From a virus (taxonomy: Duplodnaviria; Caudoviricetes): 24,362 bases of DNA. Made by a program: the position numbers and the translations under genes. This document shows positions 1-8,011 of this stretch, piece by piece. The notes beneath the pieces are model-generated. The model searched no databases, was not told the DNA's origin, and saw only the letters and a list, made by a program, of their open reading frames with translations. The stretch spans positions 1 to 24,362 of the IMG/VR virus record IMGVR_UViG_3300042431_000404. One strand, written 5' to 3'. The first letter of the stretch is position 1, and each line of letters begins with the position of its first letter.

Positions 1-243
1 ATTAAAATGATGTATTAAGTCTTCGACTGCTTTAAAGTAACACCCTGAACAGTATCTATTCGGAAGCCATGACTGATCTAGTTCCTCCCTATATATACGC
101 TCAATCTCAAAACGCGCCAACTGATCAAGGTCTCGAATGTAACCGATGCGAACAGTATGCCATGAATTCTCAATAGCTTTGAATGTATCTCTGTTCTTTT
201 CGTATTGAGATTCGCTTACTTGCTGTTTAAGTTTTCGAGCCAT
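1..243 (-). CDS. Small CxxC-containing hypothetical phage protein (3'-truncated by window edge)
   Basis: Hand translation from ATG at 243 gives MARKLKQQVSESQYEKNRDTFKAIENSWHTVRIG...WLPNRYCSGCYFKAVEDLIHHFN, open to position 1. It overlaps the upstream gene end and is not in the ORF track. Confidence 0.75.
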   Translation of the reverse strand, partial: MARKLKQQVSESQYEKNRDTFKAIENSWHTVRIGYIRDLDQLARFEIERIYREELDQSWLPNRYCSGCYFKAVEDLIHHFN

Positions 244-452
244 GCTGCTAGCGCTGCTGTTGATGATGTTACGAATAAAAGCTCAATCACAAAGGTAGGA
301 CAAAAGTATAGGATTGCACTAAGCCACATAGAAAAACACATCGGACATGAAAAAGGTTTTCGCCTAAGTAGTTTATACCTTTCATCCATACGAAACACCC
401 CGAACCATATCCAAGCACAAAGGATTGCTGTAATCGGTATAAGTATAATCAT
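216..452 (-). CDS. Small membrane protein with CxxC motif (DUF1360-like)
   Basis: Hydrophobic segments flank KPFSCPMCFSMW; 4-nt overlap with the upstream gene. Confidence 0.7.
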   Translation of the reverse strand: MIILIPITAILCAWIWFGVFRMDERYKLLRRKPFSCPMCFSMWLSAILYFCPTFVIELLFVTSSTAALAAWLENLNSK

Positions 453-1174
453 ATTACTTTTTTAACTCTTAAAGGCTGTAGTTCTTTTATGTAACCGTTT
501 GTCTTTTGCTTTGAAGGTATTATCCTACCCTCAAGTCTTGCCCTCATATACTCTAAAGTCTCATCTAAAATATCGTTAATATTATCAGGTGTGACCGTAT
601 CAGGCATATCCAATATCAGTTCATGTGTGACTACAATGTAATTCCCCATAAGCTTTCCGCTAACCGATGTACGTAACTTTTCCTTTGTCTTGTCATAAAT
701 ACGCTTCACCTGTTTTGCACTGATCTTTGTAGCCTTGCTGATCTTCTCAACACTGCCCATGTCTTTGTAAAGGTCTAGGATTGACTTTTCAACCCAATGC
801 AGGTTTTTATCAATAGCATCTTCTAAGGCCTGCAGTTTAGTTTCTTTGTCATTGTTTACAGGCTCATTCTCTTCGTTTAGTATATCTTCGCTGTATTCGT
901 ACGTCTGACATCTGTAGCGCCTTGCAAACCTACCACCCGGCTGAAAGATCATCCTTTGTACTATCCCTGTAGCGTAATATAGCAACTGCCCCTTTTCCTG
1001 TAGATCACAAATAACCTGTTCATCCTTTTCGCATAGTGCCGCAAAGAGTTCACTCTTTAAATCCTGTTGACCGCCCCCGGCATTAAACTTGCCAAGCATT
1101 TGATCAATTCGAGGATCGTTGAATAAACTGCTCAAGATCGACCGGCTCGAAGTAGATACATCCAAAGGTTTCAT
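449..1174 (-). CDS. Sigma70/ECF-like transcription factor (region-4-like HTH); probable late-gene regulator
   Basis: DLKSELFAAL resembles region 2, and LHWVEKSILDLYKDMGSVEKISKATKISAKQVKRIYDKTKEKLR resembles the region-4 HTH. Start uncertain (1213, 1174 or later). Confidence 0.65.
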   Translation of the reverse strand: MKPLDVSTSSRSILSSLFNDPRIDQMLGKFNAGGGQQDLKSELFAALCEKDEQVICDLQEKGQLLYYATGIVQRMIFQPGGRFARRYRCQTYEYSEDILNEENEPVNNDKETKLQALEDAIDKNLHWVEKSILDLYKDMGSVEKISKATKISAKQVKRIYDKTKEKLRTSVSGKLMGNYIVVTHELILDMPDTVTPDNINDILDETLEYMRARLEGRIIPSKQKTNGYIKELQPLRVKKVI

Positions 1175-1358
1175 CGGTTTCGATTGTAGCGTGAGGAATG
1201 ATGTTAAAAGCATTTTCGTTAGGTATAAGGTTAATGAGATCCATCGCAGCTGGGTTATTGCAAATCCCCAAAACAGATGTTAGGTGTACAAGTCCAAAAG
1301 AATACGTCTTATTCAATTGACTTTTCTTCATCCAATACTTACATTGACCGCACATCAT
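1104..1358 (-). CDS. Small Cys-rich phage protein (CxxC...GxC...FGC), probable metal binder
   Basis: CGQCKYW, LGICNNP and FGCIYFEP form a pattern typical of small phage Cys proteins. Confidence 0.7.
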   Translation of the reverse strand: MMCGQCKYWMKKSQLNKTYSFGLVHLTSVLGICNNPAAMDLINLIPNENAFNIIPHATIETDETFGCIYFEPVDLEQFIQRSSN

Positions 1359-1405
1359 AGATCAAATATTGTTTTTGGCAATTCATCAAAAACCGTTCGC
1401 ATACA

Positions 1406-1436
1406 TAAAAATAATCAAATGTTTGATGAAAGCAAA
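1406..1436 (-). promoter_or_regulatory. Putative Bacteroidota sigmaA-type promoter with internal palindrome
   Basis: Minus strand reads TTTG-N19-TATTTTTA, one mismatch to TAnnTTTG. The spacer contains ATCAAA-TG-TTTGAT (1414-1427). Confidence 0.45.
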
Positions 1437-1449
1437 TAAAATTTAAAAT

Positions 1450-1695
1450 ACCCCCTTTTCCCATTTTCCCACAATTTTTTGACTACTTATATATATAATA
1501 TATACATCCCTTATTATATATACTTTTTATTTATTTATTTTTATTAGTAAAAAGAAGTAGGAAAGTAGGAAATAAGATATAATAGCATTGATTTTCAATT
1601 AGTTAATGTTCCAAAGTCAAAGTCGGAATATAAAAAATAAAAAAGGAAAGTAGGAAACGTAAACTTTTAACAAAGCTGTTTTTTTCCTACTTCCC
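1450..1695. repeat. Putative replication origin: AAGTAGGAAA repeats next to an AT-rich tract
   Basis: AAGTAGGAAA at 1555-1564, 1563-1572 and 1648-1657, with an inverted copy at 1683-1692. A nearly pure A/T tract spans about 1485-1550. It lies just downstream of the primase-helicase gene. Confidence 0.55.
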
Positions 1696-1699
1696 AGTT

Positions 1700-4180
1700 T
1701 TAAAATGGTGTTTCCTCACTTTCCTCTGACTCATCTTGGAATGAATTATTTTGATCAGGCCACGAAATAAACCTGTAAAATCTGCCAGTTTCGTTGCCTC
1801 TTTTGTAGCTTAGATCCACTTCAACATCCCTAACTTGAGACCATTTTTTAATCCACTTGGTTAAAGTTGTTTGTGTTATTTTGTTGTTGTTGCAGACCTT
1901 ATGAATTAGCTCTAAAACATCCTGTTTAGACTTTGTAATGTAGTAATCCGCATTGTTTATGTTCTTTTTAAACATAGACATATTCACAGCATTGACCGTT
2001 AAACTGCCATTTTTTTCAGACCTTTCATTTTTAAGGACTTGGGGAGCAAACAAAAAGAAATTGCTTTGCAGCTGATCATCCATCCATTCTACAAATCCCC
2101 TATCAGTATCGTTTATCAAATTCCTATCTATTGAGTTTGAAGTCCTTACAGTTATTTTGCCGCGATCATTTAGGCTTAAATACTTTTGAGCGCATGAGAT
2201 CATAAAGTTGTCAAATTTTGACCATTCTATAGCATCCCAATCAATAAAGAAAGCTCTTCCAAATTCATCCACAGGCTTGTAATTAGATGTAAAATGTTTC
2301 ACTACAGGAAATTCAAATTTGCGATCATATGTGCTGTCATCCATTTCGCCAACTGCATAGTTTGATGTTATGATTATCTTTGGGGATGTCTCATAAGGAA
2401 TGATAACCTTTGCTTTGTTCTTTGCGTTTATTTCAATGCCCTCCGTTATCTGACTGAATAGTTTTGTAAACCTGAATGACTTTTCCACATCATCAATAAA
2501 GATCAGATTCGTATCCATTTGAACGGACTGCCACAAAAAAGAGTCGCTAAAGTTCATAGTCTTTCCGTTTATGTAACTTGTCTTTCTAAATTCCTTTATG
2601 AATTTAATCATAACACCTTTACCGGATCGACCCTGGCTTTCTCCTTCTGACTCAGCAGATACATCCTCCATTATCACCGTTGCCTTACTTATTAACGGAT
2701 CTTTATATCGGCTTAAATTGTAGCCTATAATTTGTTCGAGTTGCGTTATATCATCACCTCCTAAAATACCTATAAACCTTTCAGCATCGCAGCCGGTGTA
2801 ATTAATCGGCTCAAAGCGTCTGTTTATGATGTTTTCTTCCCAAACCAAACCTTTTATCTCATTATACAAAACAGGCTCGCAATTCTCATTTGTGACCTTT
2901 ACAGCGCAGTTAATAAAGAAAAACCAAGTCTCATTTTTACTATCCCTTACAAACTCTCTGTTTAAAGTCCCTATTAAGCCCTGCATAAGACCGCCACTTT
3001 CTTTAAATATCACAGGAACTTTTTCAATCATATCGTCTAATATATCCGGCTCCACTTCATTTAAAAAAGCTTTGATCAAATCAGATGTTTCTGATATTCT
3101 GACTTTGTTATTAATGACTTGTACCAACTGATTATCAAAATAGTAATACCCAATAGACTCAAGCCATGCAGCTAGTTCGGTGTATTTAATTTTTAATCGG
3201 TGTTTTTCCTTTTTCCAAAACTGCCCTTCATCGGTTATGTTTATACCGATGCCTTGTGTTGCAAGCTGCTTTTGTGCATTGTGGATATTGCCATCATGAT
3301 AAAAGTGAGCGTAAATACCGAAGGGTGTATATCCTTTCCCGGCTTCAAGATCGCTTCCTGTAGAAAATAGGTAAAGGATGTTTGAATCTTTAAAAATACT
3401 TCCTGAATGGTTTGATGTTGCATTCGGACGGCGAACTACCACACGATCATTTAGCTCCATTACTACTTTCCAATTCCTAACTGTTAATTCATCCTGTATA
3501 TATCGCCAATCGTTTTGAGCGTTAAATACTTTCCAAGGGCTATCTTCACGAACATAATCTTTTTTCTTCACCTCGTAAACAGGTGACTGATCAAAAGACT
3601 TTACAACCGACATAAGCCATCCACGTTCCTCAATATCAAGCTTTGGCAGTTCGCATGGGTTTCCTTTAATGTAATAGTAGCCTGCTGACGGAGCCGTTTT
3701 TATATACTGCTTATTCGTTTCGTCAATGCGCTCGACAACCGTAACCGGATGTGGGCTACCTTCTACTCTTGCAAGTACCGGATCTCCTCCAACTTTTTCA
3801 GCATAATACTCAATATGCGCGCCACCTGTAGGTGTGCTGCATATTACAAGTTTATCGTAAAGCTCCGGCCACCCCATTTCAATGGTGTTTAAAATCTTCT
3901 TTGTTATTCCTTTGCAGTTCTTTTCGTCAATGTCAATCACCTCCATGCCACGTTGGAGCATAATACCGATGTCGCAGTCACGATCAAAAAAGTAAGATAC
4001 ATTATGCAAATTGATCGGGTTCTTTACAACATCGTTAATGCGCTTTATGTTTATCGTTGGCCGCTTTTCACCTTTCATTAAAGGGATAACATGGTGGCCG
4101 CATTCAATTAATTCTTTTGCAGCAACAAAGCAGGCTTTGTCAATAATTTCCCCTTGTTCTAGGTATTCGTAAATATTCAT
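1700..4180 (-). CDS. Bifunctional primase-polymerase (Prim-Pol) fused to SF3-type helicase
   Basis: N-terminal VIPL..GEKRP, VIDID, TPTGGAH and APS motifs. C-terminal Walker A GRSGKG, Walker B IFIDD and motif C IIITSN. Confidence 0.88.
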   Translation of the reverse strand: MNIYEYLEQGEIIDKACFVAAKELIECGHHVIPLMKGEKRPTINIKRINDVVKNPINLHNVSYFFDRDCDIGIMLQRGMEVIDIDEKNCKGITKKILNTIEMGWPELYDKLVICSTPTGGAHIEYYAEKVGGDPVLARVEGSPHPVTVVERIDETNKQYIKTAPSAGYYYIKGNPCELPKLDIEERGWLMSVVKSFDQSPVYEVKKKDYVREDSPWKVFNAQNDWRYIQDELTVRNWKVVMELNDRVVVRRPNATSNHSGSIFKDSNILYLFSTGSDLEAGKGYTPFGIYAHFYHDGNIHNAQKQLATQGIGINITDEGQFWKKEKHRLKIKYTELAAWLESIGYYYFDNQLVQVINNKVRISETSDLIKAFLNEVEPDILDDMIEKVPVIFKESGGLMQGLIGTLNREFVRDSKNETWFFFINCAVKVTNENCEPVLYNEIKGLVWEENIINRRFEPINYTGCDAERFIGILGGDDITQLEQIIGYNLSRYKDPLISKATVIMEDVSAESEGESQGRSGKGVMIKFIKEFRKTSYINGKTMNFSDSFLWQSVQMDTNLIFIDDVEKSFRFTKLFSQITEGIEINAKNKAKVIIPYETSPKIIITSNYAVGEMDDSTYDRKFEFPVVKHFTSNYKPVDEFGRAFFIDWDAIEWSKFDNFMISCAQKYLSLNDRGKITVRTSNSIDRNLINDTDRGFVEWMDDQLQSNFFLFAPQVLKNERSEKNGSLTVNAVNMSMFKKNINNADYYITKSKQDVLELIHKVCNNNKITQTTLTKWIKKWSQVRDVEVDLSYKRGNETGRFYRFISWPDQNNSFQDESEESEETPF

Positions 4181-4181
4181 A

Positions 4182-4415
4182 TTAATATTGTTTGAAAAGT
4201 TCTTTAAATTCTTTTTCTAATTGCTCTATACTTTCTTCACAAATAATTTCAGATCCGTTAGATAAAAGAATTTTAGCATGACAATTTAATATGTCTAATT
4301 CTTCTTTTTGTATCCAATGGTCAGTAATTGTAACAATATGATCAATGTTTATATATACTATATCAAGATCATCTTTTAAATGTGCTTCTAATGTATTAAC
4401 TGTAATAAATTTCAT
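4182..4415 (-). CDS. Hypothetical protein
   Basis: 77-aa ORF packed between neighbours; the YINIDHIVTI...I.L.NG..I pattern is seen in small phage proteins. Confidence 0.7.
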   Translation of the reverse strand: MKFITVNTLEAHLKDDLDIVYINIDHIVTITDHWIQKEELDILNCHAKILLSNGSEIICEESIEQLEKEFKELFKQY

Positions 4416-4555
4416 GATTCATTTTCTTTTGATAGTTTAATAAATAGTTGTCTAAGCTCCTTTGCCTTTGTAGCTTTTACCATTACGGTAATTGGAACGC
4501 GTTTGTCTTTTGCTGCCATTTTTGGCCGCCCTCGTTTTTTCTTTACTAATTGCAT
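4412..4555 (-). CDS. Small basic DNA-binding protein (AT-hook RGRP, ribbon-helix-like), possible regulator
   Basis: Hand translation MQLVKKKRGRPKMAAKDKRVPITVMVKATKAKELRQLFIKLSKENES (47 aa). ATGA overlap with the next gene; first gene after the promoter. Confidence 0.75.
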   Translation of the reverse strand: MQLVKKKRGRPKMAAKDKRVPITVMVKATKAKELRQLFIKLSKENES

Positions 4556-4571
4556 AAAAATATATTTTTTA

Positions 4572-4579
4572 CAAAAATA
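4572..4579 (-). promoter_or_regulatory. Bacteroidota -7 promoter element, leftward
   Basis: Minus-strand TATTTTTG matches TAnnTTTG, just upstream of the ATG at 4555. Confidence 0.6.
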
Positions 4580-4611
4580 GGTAAAATATTTTTTTATTTA
4601 AAATAAATCTT

Positions 4612-4619
4612 TATATTTG
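4612..4619 (+). promoter_or_regulatory. Bacteroidota -7 promoter element, rightward
   Basis: TATATTTG matches TAnnTTTG, 23 nt before the exonuclease ATG. Confidence 0.65.
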
Positions 4620-4642
4620 CATAACAATTAAACTTTAAGCTT

Positions 4643-5368
4643 ATGTATCAAATCAACAACAAACAATTAACCTTCCTCGATTCGAGGTTTTACAAAACAG
4701 ATGACGGCGGCTTTGTTCCCTCCGTAACAACTATCTTAGAATGCTATCCTAAGGGCGCGGCATATTACAACTGGTTAAAAGAAGCCGGCAAAGATGCGGA
4801 TGAGATCAGAGACGAAGCAGGCCGCAGGGGTTCAGTAGTTCACAAACTTACAGAAGATTACGACACCGGGGAAGAGGTGAAACTTGTAAACCCAAACGGA
4901 TCTATTGATTACAAGCTAAATGAGTGGGCTATGTTTGAACGTTACGTTGAATTTCGCAGACGTTTTCAATTTGTAACCGATTGCATTGAATTAAATATTA
5001 TCAGCAAAGACTTAGGATATGCCGGCACGATTGACCGCGTTATTAATATGAACGGCGAGCGGATATTATTAGACATCAAAACCTCAAACGCAATATATCC
5101 TTCTTATTGGTTGCAGCTTGCAGCATACCGCGCTTTGTTATATAGCGCAGGCATTGAGGTTGATAAAGTAGCTATTTTATGGCTCAATGCTAAAACGCGC
5201 ACTGAAGGTAAAAAAGGTGACATACAGGGCATCGGCTGGCAGATGATCACAAAAGAAGATACGAAGGATGATATTGCGCTTTTTTATGCAACACATCAAC
5301 TATGGATTGCAGAAAACCAAACAAGTAAACCAAAACAACTAACATATCAAATCAGCCATAAGTTATGA
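4643..5368 (+). CDS. PD-(D/E)XK phage exonuclease
   Basis: PSVTTIL, RGSVVH, YAGTID, DIKTS and QLAAY motifs. Confidence 0.88.
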   Translation: MYQINNKQLTFLDSRFYKTDDGGFVPSVTTILECYPKGAAYYNWLKEAGKDADEIRDEAGRRGSVVHKLTEDYDTGEEVKLVNPNGSIDYKLNEWAMFERYVEFRRRFQFVTDCIELNIISKDLGYAGTIDRVINMNGERILLDIKTSNAIYPSYWLQLAAYRALLYSAGIEVDKVAILWLNAKTRTEGKKGDIQGIGWQMITKEDTKDDIALFYATHQLWIAENQTSKPKQLTYQISHKL

Positions 5369-5586
5369 GAATGACTATTAAACAGGAAGTACAAGTAATT
5401 ACCTATTCTATCTGGGTGAACATCCGCGCCAACTGCTACATGCTAGGCGATTCTATAGAGGTAGAAGATATTGAATGGGATGATTTTCTTTACACACATT
5501 TAGAAAATGAAGCAATACAAGAAATAGCAGAATCGGTACACATGATACACAGGTTCGAAATTGAATATAAAGAATTAAACTCTTAA
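5365..5586 (+). CDS. Hypothetical acidic protein
   Basis: 73-aa ORF with ATGA overlap to the exonuclease. Confidence 0.65.
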   Translation: MRMTIKQEVQVITYSIWVNIRANCYMLGDSIEVEDIEWDDFLYTHLENEAIQEIAESVHMIHRFEIEYKELNS

Positions 5587-5615
5587 CCGCACCGGGGAAC
5601 GGTTACCAAAATTTT

Positions 5616-5966
5616 ATGAACGAATTTTATAATTCAATACCAAGAAGAAAAAAACCAGTTATTTATGGAAACCATATTGACTATCCAATATGCGTTAGTT
5701 TTATTTATTGTATGGATCTTTTTTCGTCTTTAAAAATGCAAGGTATTTATTTATTATATAATGAAGATGATAACTATCCTGTTTATATTGGGAAATCAAA
5801 ATATATAGGTTCGAGAATACGCCAACATTACAATGGTGGTTACGGTAAGCAGTTTAAATATTTTTTATTTTGCAATATGGATGAATATGATTATAACGTA
5901 GTAGAAAAAGTCGAAATAGATTTAATAAGAAAATTAAAACCTGAACAAAATATAAAAGTTCTTTAA
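5616..5966 (+). CDS. GIY-YIG family nuclease
   Basis: GIY...YIGKS...R..QH...E..LI..LKP..N signature. Confidence 0.85.
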   Translation: MNEFYNSIPRRKKPVIYGNHIDYPICVSFIYCMDLFSSLKMQGIYLLYNEDDNYPVYIGKSKYIGSRIRQHYNGGYGKQFKYFLFCNMDEYDYNVVEKVEIDLIRKLKPEQNIKVL

Positions 5967-5996
5967 CCACGCCTGCTCTGGTCACAGGTAACAATT

Positions 5997-6527
5997 ATGG
6001 GCTTAAGCAATAACACAGGTAGCATTACCTACCTAAATTTGAAAGAGGGCAAATTTGCCCGAAAGAATGCGAACGGAGACATTGAACTCTTTGATGCCGT
6101 TGATGGTTTGATTACATCCGTTGAATTTCACGATGATGAGTATCAGGGAACAAAGTTCCGCAAACTCAAGATAGTACTTGAGGACGAAGGGCAAAAGTAT
6201 TTAGTCCAGGTTCGTACTGATTCCGGTTATTATCGCGGCCTGACAAACAGCATTGCGAATGCTGATGTAAGTCAGCCTGTAAAACTTATTTCATCAAGCA
6301 AAACAGGTGAGAACGGCAAACCGCAAACTACGATCTTTGTTAATCAAAACGGCAAAGCGCTCAAGTGGAAATGGTCTAAAGACAACCCCGGCGACCTTCC
6401 CGAACTTGAAAAAGTAAAAGTAAAAGGGCAGTTCGTTTACGACAATTCAAAGCAGCTCGAATACTTTGAGAAGTTTTGGAAAACATTGTTCACATCCAAA
6501 CCAACGGAAGAAGATTCTCCGTTCTAA
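5997..6527 (+). CDS. Putative single-stranded DNA-binding protein
   Basis: Beta-rich 176-aa protein with acidic C-terminal EEDSPF tail, located in the replication/recombination module. Confidence 0.6.
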   Translation: MGLSNNTGSITYLNLKEGKFARKNANGDIELFDAVDGLITSVEFHDDEYQGTKFRKLKIVLEDEGQKYLVQVRTDSGYYRGLTNSIANADVSQPVKLISSSKTGENGKPQTTIFVNQNGKALKWKWSKDNPGDLPELEKVKVKGQFVYDNSKQLEYFEKFWKTLFTSKPTEEDSPF

Positions 6528-6533
6528 AAACAT

Positions 6534-6594
6534 TCCCCTCCTGTATTAATAACAATTAGGAAGTTAGCCAAAAGAAGCGGGAGGGGATTTTTTT
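6534..6594 (+). terminator. Large-loop stem followed by T7 (terminator-like or structured RNA)
   Basis: TCCCCTCCTG (6534-6543) pairs with CGGGAGGGGA (6578-6587) with one G-U, followed by TTTTTTT. Confidence 0.5.
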
Positions 6595-6616
6595 CTAAGC
6601 TTATAAAAAATAAACT

Positions 6617-8011
6617 ATGACACAAACGAATTTATTTACAGACAAAATAGAACTAATAAAATTAGATTCAATTATTGGATCTGGTTATGAATCAAAAGTA
6701 GCTGAGTTGGCATTATTAGACGGTGTTGCATATCGTGCAGCACGAAGAAATATGCAAATACATTCAGCTATAATTTTAAAAATAAATGATGAATTTTCTG
6801 GCTTTTTTACTTATGAAGTAAATCATAAAGTAGGTGAATTTTGTTTACTTCAATCTGCTATGTATCCTGAAAAAAAAGATAAGAAAATTTATAGCATGAT
6901 GATTGATGAAATAATAAAACAAAACATTTATGGGTATCCAATGATTATGACTGTTTCAAATAAACATGATTTGGAAAACCCAAAAGTATTTCACGCTTTA
7001 GGATTTAAAACTAATATAGTAAAAAATGATTTTACTTATATGGTTCATGGTGAGCTATCTCAAGTTAGAGTAAAAAGACTTTGTCATATGGCAATGACTA
7101 ATTTATGGAATTCCACATCTGGTGAATGGTTGAAAATAAAAAGAGAATGGAATGATAAAATTGAAGACGCTGGCAAAAAATATAATATACCAAACCCTAA
7201 ATTTGCTAGCCGCGAAGGATGTTGGCAAGGTAAAGCAGGTATGTCAAATGTAGTTCTATCTAAGCAAAAAGTAGAAGACGGTGAAATAATTACAGATAAA
7301 ACAAAAGATCTTAATGGTAACGCCTCTGTATTAGATCCTGCTGTATGCGAAATAATTGTACGTATGTTTATGCCTACAAATGGCGTTAGGGTTTATAATC
7401 CGTTTGGCGGCGGCGTACAAATGGGTTTTGTTACTGGGGGATGCGGTTATGAATATTTGTCTTCAGAAATAAGGCAAAATCAATGTGACGCTAATAATGC
7501 ACTTTGTCAAGATTTTTATAACGTAAAATGGATAAAGTCAGATTCATCAAAATTTGTTCCTAAAAATCCACAAAAATTTGATTTAATATTTAGTTGCCCC
7601 CCATATTATAAAGTTGAAAAATATATTGATTATGACGGTAAAAGTCCAGAAGGCGAATTAAATTCATTTGATACCTATGAGAAATTTAGAGATATGCTTT
7701 TTGAGGGATATAAAAACGCTATATCAGTAATGAATGATAATACCTTTTTTGTAATAATGACAGGTGATAGTAGAGATAAACACGGCGGGTATTATGGTAG
7801 TGATGCTGAACATGAATTATTTTTTAAAGAACAAGGTTTACATATTTACAATAAAATAATTTATTTAGAAAGTGAATTTACACGAAGGGCTACCGCTAAA
7901 AAAACATTGAATAGTAGGAAATATCCTAAATGTGAACAACGTATATACGTTTTTTATAAAGGTGATGCGTCTAAAATAAAAGATTTATTTCCAAATGTTG
8001 GCAGACTATGA
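6617..8011 (+). CDS. Fusion of N-terminal GNAT-like domain and amino (N4C/N6A-type) DNA methyltransferase with CPPY motif
   Basis: MTase motif I VYNPFGGG, SEIR, and motif IV DLIFSCPPYY. The N-terminal ~150 aa show a GNAT-like pattern (SGFFTY, CLLQSAMYPE..K.IYS.M, VFHALGFK). The MTase call is solid; the GNAT call is inferred. Confidence 0.8.
   Translation: MTQTNLFTDKIELIKLDSIIGSGYESKVAELALLDGVAYRAARRNMQIHSAIILKINDEFSGFFTYEVNHKVGEFCLLQSAMYPEKKDKKIYSMMIDEIIKQNIYGYPMIMTVSNKHDLENPKVFHALGFKTNIVKNDFTYMVHGELSQVRVKRLCHMAMTNLWNSTSGEWLKIKREWNDKIEDAGKKYNIPNPKFASREGCWQGKAGMSNVVLSKQKVEDGEIITDKTKDLNGNASVLDPAVCEIIVRMFMPTNGVRVYNPFGGGVQMGFVTGGCGYEYLSSEIRQNQCDANNALCQDFYNVKWIKSDSSKFVPKNPQKFDLIFSCPPYYKVEKYIDYDGKSPEGELNSFDTYEKFRDMLFEGYKNAISVMNDNTFFVIMTGDSRDKHGGYYGSDAEHELFFKEQGLHIYNKIIYLESEFTRRATAKKTLNSRKYPKCEQRIYVFYKGDASKIKDLFPNVGRL

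Noticed and set aside
1555-1692. Repeats considered as a mini CRISPR array
   Set aside because: The repeats are only 10 bp, irregularly spaced and partly inverted, and there are no cas genes.
4643-5368. Exonuclease considered as CRISPR Cas4
   Set aside because: It lacks the Fe-S cysteine cluster, and the context is a phage recombination module.
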